Positions 26,989 through 34,460 of a stretch of DNA of 54,218 bases are shown here, piece after piece. The notes beneath the pieces are model-generated. The model did not search any database, had not been told where the DNA came from, and saw nothing but the letters and a program-made list of their open reading frames with translations. The translations under genes were made by a program, and so were the position numbers. The stretch covers positions 1 through 54,218 of the forward strand of contig WRJU01000253.1 in assembly GCA_009778425.1 (NCBI GenBank). The letters run 5' to 3'. The DNA is from Pseudomonadota bacterium (lineage in GTDB: Bacteria > Pseudomonadota > Gammaproteobacteria > Burkholderiales > Rhodocyclaceae). Position 1 is the first letter of the stretch, and the number at the start of each line of letters is the position of its first letter.

Positions 26989-27600
26989 TTATTGCCCCTG
27001 AAGATGCCAGTCCTGGCTCATGCCGTTGAACTTGTAGCCCAGAGACTTGAGGCGGTCTCGTTGGTCGCGGAAAAGCTGGCGATCCACCGTGGGGTCAAGT
27101 TGGACAACATCACCCAGAGGCCAGAGCGTGCTAAAGAGCTTTTTGTCGCGCTCGTCGCACACTTCGGTTGCATTGGCAGCTTCGGCGGGTGCCTCAGATT
27201 CCATGCTGGACGGTGCCCTGTCCTCTTGTGGGTCAGCCTTGGGAGGCTCTTCCTTGGAGGGAGCCGCAGGCGGAACCTGCTTTGGCTCTGACTCGATGGG
27301 GTCGACTTCCTGCGGAGTAAGTTTTTCGGCTTCTTCGTTGGAGAGATCGTCGATACCCGAGATGGTCATTGCGTTCAGAGAAGCGCGAACTTCAGTGACG
27401 CTGCGGCCATTCGAGATATACGCGGAGGGGTAGACCCAGCCGATGACAAACTCACCTTCGTACTCGCCAGGGTCGTATTGTTCGAGCGCAGTGTCTTTGA
27501 CAACGAAGTTGCCAATCGCAATCGACAAGTGCCCGACGTTGAAATCGCCGTTACGACCGTGAAGGGTCTTGATGACCAGCTTGCCGGGATATGTATACAT
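26989..27600 (-). CDS. DUF3275-family protein
   Basis: PG.L.IKT.HGRNGDFNVG.L...IGNFVVKD..LEQYDPGEYEG.F; LF..LWPLG..V.LD.TVDR. Confidence 0.88.
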   Translation of the reverse strand: MYTYPGKLVIKTLHGRNGDFNVGHLSIAIGNFVVKDTALEQYDPGEYEGEFVIGWVYPSAYISNGRSVTEVRASLNAMTISGIDDLSNEEAEKLTPQEVDPIESEPKQVPPAAPSKEEPPKADPQEDRAPSSMESEAPAEAANATEVCDERDKKLFSTLWPLGDVVQLDPTVDRQLFRDQRDRLKSLGYKFNGMSQDWHLQGQ

Positions 27601-27617
27601 CTTGCTCTCCCGGCGGC

Positions 27618-28214
27618 TTATGACGGATCGGTTTCGTCCGTCATGTTCTCAAACCCGCTAATCTCCGTTTCGGCTTCTTCCCCGTCTTGTGCCGAAGGGG
27701 ATTCCGAATCAGGAGCGCCAGTCGAGCGTTCTTCATCGGCATTGTCTGTCGGCGTTGCCCCGGTTGTTTGCTCATTCTCGGGCTTGGGCTTTGGTTCGGC
27801 TTTGTAGACTACCTGGCCGTTTACCTTGATCCAACCGATATAGAGCAGCCTCACTTTCAGGCTTACGCCTTGCTTTCCGGCTTTCTCACCCTTTTCATAG
27901 GTGAAGATGTCCGTCCAGAGGTCGCCAACCCTGAAGCCGACTAACACCTTATTCTTTGGTTTGCCATTGTCACCCTTGGCATTGATGACATCGAAGTAGC
28001 TGCGCACGAGTTCCTGTGCTTTTTCCCCAGAAACGCGGCAGTCAAAGGGCACGTATTTCACATCATCGGCTTCGCCGTTGAGGGCGTTGACGACGCAAGC
28101 GAGATAAGGCTCGCCCTTGTTGGGTTTGACTTCGCGGGCTCGGTTGAGATAACCGAGACCCAAAGTGTGCAGGTCGAAGTATTTCTTTTCGGTTGAAGCA
28201 GTGTTTTCAGACAT
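27618..28214 (-). CDS. DUF3577 / STY4534-family ICE protein
   Basis: YFDLHT.GLGYLNR.REV.P..G.PYLAC, FDCRVSG, F.VGDLW.D.FTY.KG..AG..GVSLK.RLL.I. Confidence 0.88.
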   Translation of the reverse strand: MSENTASTEKKYFDLHTLGLGYLNRAREVKPNKGEPYLACVVNALNGEADDVKYVPFDCRVSGEKAQELVRSYFDVINAKGDNGKPKNKVLVGFRVGDLWTDIFTYEKGEKAGKQGVSLKVRLLYIGWIKVNGQVVYKAEPKPKPENEQTTGATPTDNADEERSTGAPDSESPSAQDGEEAETEISGFENMTDETDPS

Positions 28215-28278
28215 GGTGTTTCTCCAAAAAAAAGAGCGGAGACACACCTTCCCCGTAAGCCGGAGGTGTGTAACCCCC

Positions 28279-28452
28279 GCGCGGGTTGATTGAATATGGC
28301 AGGGCCGATGAAGATCAACGACCGTCCGTGCGATTGACGCTGCCCTCACGAACTGGCGCAACCAGCGCATCTGACGATGCGCCTGTAGCCTTGAAGGTTG
28401 CTGGCTACCTGATGTTGCCGACCGAAGTCAGCAGGACATGTTGCAAGGATCG
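28279..28452 (-). ncRNA. Candidate structured leader RNA, copy 1 (5' of the DUF3577 operon)
   Basis: ~175-bp direct repeat of 32848-33022; several hairpins including UGCUGAC-UUCG-GUCGGCA; immediately downstream of a predicted ICE promoter. Confidence 0.55.
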
Positions 28453-28525
28453 CTCTGTTTTGCTGCAACGTCACCGGAAAAACCGTTACGTGGCGCACCC
28501 TTATTTTTGTAGTACGAAGCCGTGT

Positions 28526-29449
28526 TTATTCGCAAAGCCCATAACTGGAGGCGCACGCCGGGGCGTGTTCATCCCATTGGGGGTCTGGCATCCGACCACC
28601 CCGAAACGTCCGCGCCCATTTGATGTAAGCAGTGATATTCCTGCCGCGCAGTTCGCCCCGCCCGTCGTCTGGCGCTGGAAAGAACGAGGAATCTCCGCGT
28701 TTCGATGTTTCGCAAACGATGCGCTCCCAATCACCAATGCGCGCAATATGCTCGGGGAAGCGGCAGGAGATTTCCGCCAGTTCCGCCTTACTTGCGTTAA
28801 TGCACGGCATGCACCCAACGCGGCGCATCCCCTGGCTGTAGAGCGCATTGAGTTTGATGCCATGCAACCGGACAAAATCAACCGTCTGTTGCCCTGTCCA
28901 GCCAGCGATGGGGCGAAAGGCGAACAATCCCCCGGTCAAGTCCTCGTACCCTTGGGACTTCGCTCGGTTTGCTGATTCGTCACGGCGCACCCCCTGCCAG
29001 CTCCATACGTCGACCTCCTGCGTGTCGATGAAACCCAGGGCGTATTCGGCCAATGGCACTGTTTTGAGTTCATGCGTACAGAATTGTGCCTTTCGAGAAG
29101 GAAACCTGCCTTTGAGCATGCACAGGTCGAGGAAGGGGTTGCCGCTCGGTACAAGCAGGCTGGCCGCACGTTCGCAGCGCGCGGCAGAAACACCCTTTTC
29201 CGGCCACCGGGTCAGCACCCATTCTCGCCGCCGCGCAAACCGGCCCGAAAAATCTGCCCTGATGCGCTTGATCTGAATACCCAAGGACTGTTCCAGATAG
29301 TCGAGGTATTTAAGAGTGGCTTCGTGTTCGTTGCCTGTATCGGCGAACACCGCAAAGGTGCTTTCGGGAAATTGTTTCAGCGCCAGAATCAGCGTCGCTG
29401 CGCTGTCTTTGCCCCCACTGACCGAGACGAGGTGGATGATTCTTTTCAA
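28526..29449 (-). CDS. PAPS-reductase/DndC-like PP-loop protein (mobile-element type)
   Basis: VSVSGGKDS, FADTGNE, FCTHELK, QGVRRDES..R, RVGCMPC, C-terminal CASSYGLCE; TTG start overlaps the MTase stop. Confidence 0.82.
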   Translation of the reverse strand: MKRIIHLVSVSGGKDSAATLILALKQFPESTFAVFADTGNEHEATLKYLDYLEQSLGIQIKRIRADFSGRFARRREWVLTRWPEKGVSAARCERAASLLVPSGNPFLDLCMLKGRFPSRKAQFCTHELKTVPLAEYALGFIDTQEVDVWSWQGVRRDESANRAKSQGYEDLTGGLFAFRPIAGWTGQQTVDFVRLHGIKLNALYSQGMRRVGCMPCINASKAELAEISCRFPEHIARIGDWERIVCETSKRGDSSFFPAPDDGRGELRGRNITAYIKWARTFRGGRMPDPQWDEHAPACASSYGLCE

Positions 29450-30540
29450 GGTGCGGCCCTTTTGTTCAGGAACGCACGGATAAACTGCGCGGCGACTTGC
29501 GGGACAAGCGCGTTTCCGTAGGAGCGCAAACGTCCCATTCGGGCGGAAACCCCATGAGCCAGCGGGAATGTGCCGGGTTCAACTGGCCGCCATTTGCCAT
29601 CCCGGCAGCGGAGCCAGTCAGCATCTCTCCACGGGCTGTCCACCTCGCCGGGGCATCCTGTTCGATTTTCCAATCCGGCGGTTTTCCGTAGATCAGGAAT
29701 GGGGCATCGCATAGATCCTTGCGATAGCTCCCAGAGTCCCCCAGCTTCCTCTTGCCGCCTTTTAGGCGCGGCAGCCTCGCCTGATGGGCATCGTGTGCCT
29801 GCGGTGTCGGCCAGGACGCAAGAATTGCCTGTCTCGGCAGCAGGTCGTCCCTTTGCCTCCCGTCTGCCCTCGGCGGCAACTCCTTCCCGGTATCCTTCCA
29901 GTCTCGCGCAGTCGGCGTGACCCATGCAGCCAAGGCTTGCGCAATGTGCGCCAGGTCGCTCGATGGGTTCGCCCTCGACAGATGCCGCTCCGGGTATTCC
30001 TGCGGGTTCGGGATGCGCGATGCGTTCACATCGCTCGCTTTTGGCGTAGGCCACAAAGAACAGTCTGTGCCGGAGGTGCGGTGCGCCAACGCCCGCAGCA
30101 GGAAGTACCGTCGCCCCGACGGCGTAGCCACATCCCTCCAGGTCAGCCGAAACAGCATCGAGCCATCCAAGCCGGATGGCTGCATCAACCTGCTCGCCAA
30201 AAATGACTGGAGGGCGGCACTCGCCGATGAGCCGGAACCAGACCGGCCACAGATGCCTGCTGTCGCCGGTGCCGCGCCGGTTTCCGGCGATGCTGAACGG
30301 CTGGCAGGGACATGATCCTGTCCAGACGGGCCGATCATCGGGCCATCCAGCGAGCCGCAACGCATAGGGCCAGCCCCCAATCCCCGCGAAGAAATGGCAT
30401 TGTCTGTATACAGCAAGCTCTTCTGGCCTGACATCCTCTATCCCCCGCTCAATCACGTCCCCTTGTGCCAGGAGTCCGGCGGCAATCAGGTTACGCAACC
30501 AGGCTGCGGCGTAGGGATCGTTATCGTTGTAATAGTTCAT
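29446..30540 (-). CDS. DNA (cytosine-5) methyltransferase, main ('alpha') frame
   Basis: FFAGIGG (I), GSCPCQPFS (IV), FGEQV (VI), [11 protein letters not shown] (VIII), [14 protein letters not shown] (X); no recognisable motif IX in this frame. Confidence 0.88.
   Translation of the reverse strand: MNYYNDNDPYAAAWLRNLIAAGLLAQGDVIERGIEDVRPEELAVYRQCHFFAGIGGWPYALRLAGWPDDRPVWTGSCPCQPFSIAGNRRGTGDSRHLWPVWFRLIGECRPPVIFGEQVDAAIRLGWLDAVSADLEGCGYAVGATVLPAAGVGAPHLRHRLFFVAYAKSERCERIAHPEPAGIPGAASVEGEPIERPGAHCASLGCMGHADCARLEGYREGVAAEGRREAKGRPAAETGNSCVLADTAGTRCPSGEAAAPKRRQEEAGGLWELSQGSMRCPIPDLRKTAGLENRTGCPGEVDSPWRDADWLRCRDGKWRPVEPGTFPLAHGVSARMGRLRSYGNALVPQVAAQFIRAFLNKRAAP
29466..30434 (-). CDS. Overprinted +1-frame ORF inside the C5 MTase gene, candidate 'beta' polypeptide (start codon uncertain)
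   Basis: 322-codon open frame with three W(P/V)TP.A.D repeats and a motif IX-like [16 protein letters not shown]. Confidence 0.65.
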   Translation of the reverse strand: MSGQKSLLYTDNAISSRGLGAGPMRCGSLDGPMIGPSGQDHVPASRSASPETGAAPATAGICGRSGSGSSASAALQSFLASRLMQPSGLDGSMLFRLTWRDVATPSGRRYFLLRALAHRTSGTDCSLWPTPKASDVNASRIPNPQEYPERHLSRANPSSDLAHIAQALAAWVTPTARDWKDTGKELPPRADGRQRDDLLPRQAILASWPTPQAHDAHQARLPRLKGGKRKLGDSGSYRKDLCDAPFLIYGKPPDWKIEQDAPARWTARGEMLTGSAAGMANGGQLNPAHSRWLMGFPPEWDVCAPTETRLSRKSPRSLSVRS

Positions 30541-30697
30541 CGCGCCGCTTGCCGGTTTGAATCATGTGGGTAGCATTGCGGATTTCGGTGCAGGATTCAG
30601 TAGGCAATGGGTTTCAGGTCATGCCCCTTTTTCGCGGAAGATCAGGGCAAAAAAATGCCTCCTCGTCCAAATCGGACTTGGAGGCATGGTTCGGGCT

Positions 30698-31519
30698 TCA
30701 GGCAGCCTGTGCGAGTTGTTTTGCTTTGCGCGGCTTTTTGGCGGCGGCGATCAGGTCAACGTCGATCCGGTTCCAGGCACCGTCGTCGATCAGATCATGG
30801 AGCCGGGTGCCCAATTCATTGAACAAAACATAATCGTCGAAGTAGGTGCGTTCGCCATCCTGGAGAAGTTCGATCCCGAAGGAATCCAGTCCCCGGTTGT
30901 AGAACACCCGGACACGTCCACAATGCTTCCTGGTATTCACCGAAAAACTCACCGCAGGCGGCGTCCTGAAAATGTCATCCGGCACGGGATCAACGATCTC
31001 GAAATCGCGCGCCTGGGCGTCCACCAGCATATGCGTGAGATGTCGAAAGCCGTCCGGTAACCTGTCCGTCTCCAACAGCTCGATCAAGCTCTTCAATTCA
31101 TAGCATTTGGCCTCGGGCACAGGCAGCTTCACAGCCCGCCCCCCCAGAATGGTCGATTCCACCACGTAGGTTGTGCCATTGGACATCGTGCGTGTTTCGG
31201 GTTTGGGCCCCGTGACGCAGTAGCCGTCGAAATCGCGTCTGGCGTAAGCTCTAACTTGTACCGTATCGCCGGTTTCAGGATCGAAGGTTACGAGCGAGCG
31301 GTCTACGACGCAGATGTTCTTATTGTCCAGCATGATGAATGCCTCATCATTGCTGAAAATGACCTTACCCTCGCGGGGTTCTGGGTCGAAGTAGCCGAAC
31401 ATTCCCTGCTGCAACGAGTTGTCGAGCACCTTCAGGTAGAACTGCTTTCGATTCTTCGGCAGTTGCCCGCCAACGAGTCGCATTACGTTGTCCTTGTAGT
31501 ATTGGTGATTGAGTGACAT
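30698..31519 (-). CDS. conserved ICE hypothetical protein (273 aa)
   Basis: AAGGAG RBS; VRAYARRDFDG, LPDGFR.LTH.LVDA, ID.G.W..I patterns. Confidence 0.75.
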   Translation of the reverse strand: MSLNHQYYKDNVMRLVGGQLPKNRKQFYLKVLDNSLQQGMFGYFDPEPREGKVIFSNDEAFIMLDNKNICVVDRSLVTFDPETGDTVQVRAYARRDFDGYCVTGPKPETRTMSNGTTYVVESTILGGRAVKLPVPEAKCYELKSLIELLETDRLPDGFRHLTHMLVDAQARDFEIVDPVPDDIFRTPPAVSFSVNTRKHCGRVRVFYNRGLDSFGIELLQDGERTYFDDYVLFNELGTRLHDLIDDGAWNRIDVDLIAAAKKPRKAKQLAQAA

Positions 31520-31629
31520 GAAAATCTCCTTCGTAGAAAAAAGTGAAAGGGATTTCCAGCCCTGTACGAAGGGAAAGAAATCCCTTCGCGGGTGAAGAAG
31601 GCGGGTTGCGCCTTCAGGAAAACAGCAAG

Positions 31630-31899
31630 CTACACGGCTTGGTTTCCGGTGTCCGGGAAACCGTGGGAGTGGCCTGTGACGGCAGCGGGGTCATGTTCGA
31701 GAATCTCGAAGCTGCCGGGAGCGTTGCCTTCATCGTCAGACAGGAAAAAAAGAACTTTCCTCCCGCCGTCAGGCAGCGTGACCTGAAGGCCGAAGAACTC
31801 CATTCCAAAACCGTCAGCCTCGGTTGCGGCTAATCCGGCGATGGTTCCGCCTACGAGCGGTTCGAGTTGCGCCAGATAAAACTCGGTGTTTTTATTCAT
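31630..31899 (-). CDS. small hypothetical protein (89 aa)
   Basis: MNKNTEFYLAQLEPLVGG...LSDDEGNAPGSFEI; preceded by a hairpin/U-tract/GGAG element. Confidence 0.72.
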   Translation of the reverse strand: MNKNTEFYLAQLEPLVGGTIAGLAATEADGFGMEFFGLQVTLPDGGRKVLFFLSDDEGNAPGSFEILEHDPAAVTGHSHGFPDTGNQAV

Positions 31900-32007
31900 G
31901 CTTTGCGAAGCTCCAAAAAAGTGTGGGGACTTTGCCCCGTGAAAGGGATCAAAGTCCCCACGGGGTGGCAGAAGGCGGTTCACGCCTTCGGAAAAAATGG
32001 ATCACTG

Positions 32008-32187
32008 TCAGAAAGAGCCTGCCGCTTTGGTTGCCTTGCGTAGCATCCGGTGCATCCTTGCAACCAGCGAAGTCATCCAGCCGCAATTGCGGCAACGAAA
32101 ATGTCGGGTACCCCCCAGCGTGCCGAGTTCCAGCAACGGCCCACCGCATGCGTGGCATTGCCGTGACGTTGTATCGTTCATCGTCAT
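32008..32187 (-). CDS. 59-aa zinc-ribbon microprotein (not in ORF track)
   Basis: MTMNDTTSRQCHACGGPLLELGTLGGTRHFRCRNCGWMTSLVARMHRMLRKATKAAGSF*; AAAGGGGG RBS; ATGA overlap with the upstream stop. Confidence 0.65.
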   Translation of the reverse strand: MTMNDTTSRQCHACGGPLLELGTLGGTRHFRCRNCGWMTSLVARMHRMLRKATKAAGSF

Positions 32188-32705
32188 GGCAGCCCCCTTT
32201 CGTTCAGTTCAACGTGCTGCCCGCGGCTTGCTGCCCTTGGTACATCAGGCAGCGGATAGAGCTTGAGCAACTCTGTCAACCGCTTATCAGCGGGCATGTC
32301 TGGTAGTGACCCTGTAAGTACCGCGTCAGGCAGGCTTTGCGCGAGTACTCCCTGGCTGTGTGCGCGTTGCAACTGCTCACACCGTTCAAGCCAGAGCAGT
32401 TCGTAGTGAGCGATTGCGTCCCACTTTGCGGGTGTATTCCCTTCAAGCAGGTAGGCATAATCGACGGCCTGCTGGTCGGTGTCGTCGTACAGAACACACA
32501 CTTGCCGATAGCTGCCGAAATCGTGGGGGAATCGTTTGATGACGATGCTGGCCTTGCCGTTTTCCGGGAGCGGAAAAAGACGAGACAGCATCCGCTTGAA
32601 AACCCGGCATTCCCTTGAACTGCGTTCTTCATAGTCAAGTCTGCCGACCTGGGCGCAGTCCTCCTCTACCGGCGCTGGGCTAATGTCCATCCATTGCGAA
32701 GTCAT
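32184..32705 (-). CDS. conserved ICE hypothetical protein
   Basis: Start ATG 32705 with AAGGAG RBS; PAPVEEDCAQVG..DY...S..EC..F, FPHDFGSYRQV, P..WD. Confidence 0.78.
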   Translation of the reverse strand: MTSQWMDISPAPVEEDCAQVGRLDYEERSSRECRVFKRMLSRLFPLPENGKASIVIKRFPHDFGSYRQVCVLYDDTDQQAVDYAYLLEGNTPAKWDAIAHYELLWLERCEQLQRAHSQGVLAQSLPDAVLTGSLPDMPADKRLTELLKLYPLPDVPRAASRGQHVELNERGLP

Positions 32706-32847
32706 GGCGAAATCTCCTTCATAGAAAAATGTGGAGACCTCGCCCCATGAGGGGATCAAAGTCCCCACGGGGTGACAGAAGGCGTTACAAACCTTCGAAA
32801 ATGCAGGAGGCACACCCATCCCGCTTGGCGAGGGGGTGCGAGTCCCT

Positions 32848-33022
32848 GCGCGGGTTGCTTGGATATGGCAGGGCTGTTGAAGAATCAACTGCCGTCCGTG
32901 CGATTGACGCTGCCCTCACGAACTGGTGCATCCAGCGCATCTGACGATGCTCCCGTAGCCTTGAAGGTTGCTGGCTACCTGATGTTGCCGACCAAAGTCA
33001 GCAGTGCATGGCGCAAGGTTCG
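32848..33022 (-). ncRNA. Candidate structured leader RNA, copy 2
   Basis: Repeat of 28279-28452 with identical blocks of 35 nt (32892-32926) and 39 nt (32955-32993). Confidence 0.55.
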
Positions 33023-33193
33023 ATGATTTGCGGCGCACTGTCAGCCGTTAAATGGTTTTGTGCCGTACCCGGTTTCAGGCGTGCCCAAACGGTGATGTGC
33101 GTTTTCGGTCGAGCCTGAAAAAAAGTCCCCGGAGACTGGTGGATGATCCAGTTTCCGGGGAAAGGCGGTGGTGCGACATCAAAAGCTGTTCGC

Positions 33194-33550
33194 TCAGGGC
33201 GGGTATGTCCTCTTCCAGCCAGGGCCTCGCCACAGTTCCCAGATTCTTTCAAAATCTTCTCTGTAACCCCATGTATTGGGATAGTAGCGGCTGCGGCGAA
33301 TGAAGCTAAAAACCGTCACCATCGCAGTTGCCAACGTATCATCCACGCCCCAAAGGTCGACAAGGTCGAAGCCGCCGTTTTGATCGCCGTTCCACCATGC
33401 GAGAAGAAAATCGGCGCATTTGCGGGATTGACCCGTATCGTGTTTGGCGCATTCGATCAACAACGCGATTGCACCCCGTTCCTGATCTGTTGGAAACATC
33501 GCTTCTACCTTTGCGCGGAGAGGGCTGGCGACGCGCTTCTCTGTATCCAT
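33194..33550 (-). CDS. conserved plasmid/ICE hypothetical protein (DUF7673-like, tentative)
   Basis: A.HDTGQSRKCADFLLAWWNG...GGFDLVDLWGVD; AAGGAG RBS before ATG 33550. Confidence 0.75.
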   Translation of the reverse strand: MDTEKRVASPLRAKVEAMFPTDQERGAIALLIECAKHDTGQSRKCADFLLAWWNGDQNGGFDLVDLWGVDDTLATAMVTVFSFIRRSRYYPNTWGYREDFERIWELWRGPGWKRTYPP

Positions 33551-33881
33551 AATAGTTACTCCTTGGCTGATTCCTGCTTGGCAGAATCCAGAAAATGCCG
33601 AGGCTTCCAACCCGCCGGGCTGAAACCCCGGCGGGTTGGAAAAAACGCATCAAGCGTGCGCCTAGCCTTTGCGCGCGCCGTCCGTGGTCGAGCCGATGCC
33701 TACGGAGCGGTGTTTCGGCCACACGGGGAGTCCCCGCGCCGCAACCTGGTTAGCCGAAAAGTTGCTGTTGGTTCAGTGGGCGAGGATGGAGCGGCTTTGT
33801 GTGGCTGTCAGCAATCAATCGGAAACATGCTTCAGCCGTATTCGGGCGCTGTGAAGGGTTGGGCCATCAATCTGTCTGAGG

Positions 33882-34460
33882 TCATTTGGCGCAGCCTTGC
33901 GCACCTGAATCCCCGTCTGGTTGGGCGGTGCCGATCCACGCGCCCAACTGGATGCGGCGCAAGTAAAGGCTTTCGGCTTTTGCCATCTTGGCCGCTGCGT
34001 TCAAGGCAAGTGTGGCGATCTGGTTCGTGGCACGCATTTGCATGTTGAAGGCGATGCGTTGCATCTCCATCAGGTACAGATCAAGGGCGAAGACGGATGG
34101 TGTCCTGTGCGAGCCTATCGTCCGCTCGAAAAGCGTCTCGTTCATCACCGTCCAGTTGCGCTTGCGCCAGCGCAGGTACACCGTGCCCGCCCTGGTCGTG
34201 TGCGGGACGAGTTCCACGTCGAGGCACTGGAGTGCGCTCGCCTGCATCCTCCCGATCAGCTTGGGCAGCAGGCATTGCGCAAGCGCCTCGTTCAGCCCCC
34301 GGCTCTCGTTGGCCCATTCTTCCATCCCCTTACCATTAAAAGGCTTTAAAAGGCCATTTAGAGAACGCGCGTTCTCGATCATCGAAAATTCACAGATGCG
34401 CAGGGGCTCGAAGTGCAAACCCTGCGGCAGCCGATGCCCACTGAAGTCCATACGCATCAT
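33882..34460 (-). CDS. DUF3158-family protein
   Basis: SLNGLLKPFNGKG, AGTVYLRWR, DLY.ME.QRI.FNMQ; follows the InrR-like gene. Confidence 0.82.
   Translation of the reverse strand: MMRMDFSGHRLPQGLHFEPLRICEFSMIENARSLNGLLKPFNGKGMEEWANESRGLNEALAQCLLPKLIGRMQASALQCLDVELVPHTTRAGTVYLRWRKRNWTVMNETLFERTIGSHRTPSVFALDLYLMEMQRIAFNMQMRATNQIATLALNAAAKMAKAESLYLRRIQLGAWIGTAQPDGDSGAQGCAK

Noticed and set aside
28286-28452. Shared peptide PSVRLTLPSRTGA in plus-strand ORFs at both leader copies
   Set aside because: A by-product of the DNA repeat; the ORFs differ in start and length, lack an RBS, and G-U pairing favours a minus-strand structure.
28526-29449. Complete Dnd/Ssp phosphorothioation system or sulfate-assimilation cysH
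   Set aside because: No dndB/D/E, ssp or cys partner genes in the window.
23686-33645. Intergenic repeats as a CRISPR array or integron attC cassettes
   Set aside because: Repeats are degenerate and separated by whole genes; there are no cas genes, no consistent RYYYAAC/GTTRRRY ends and no IntI-type integrase.
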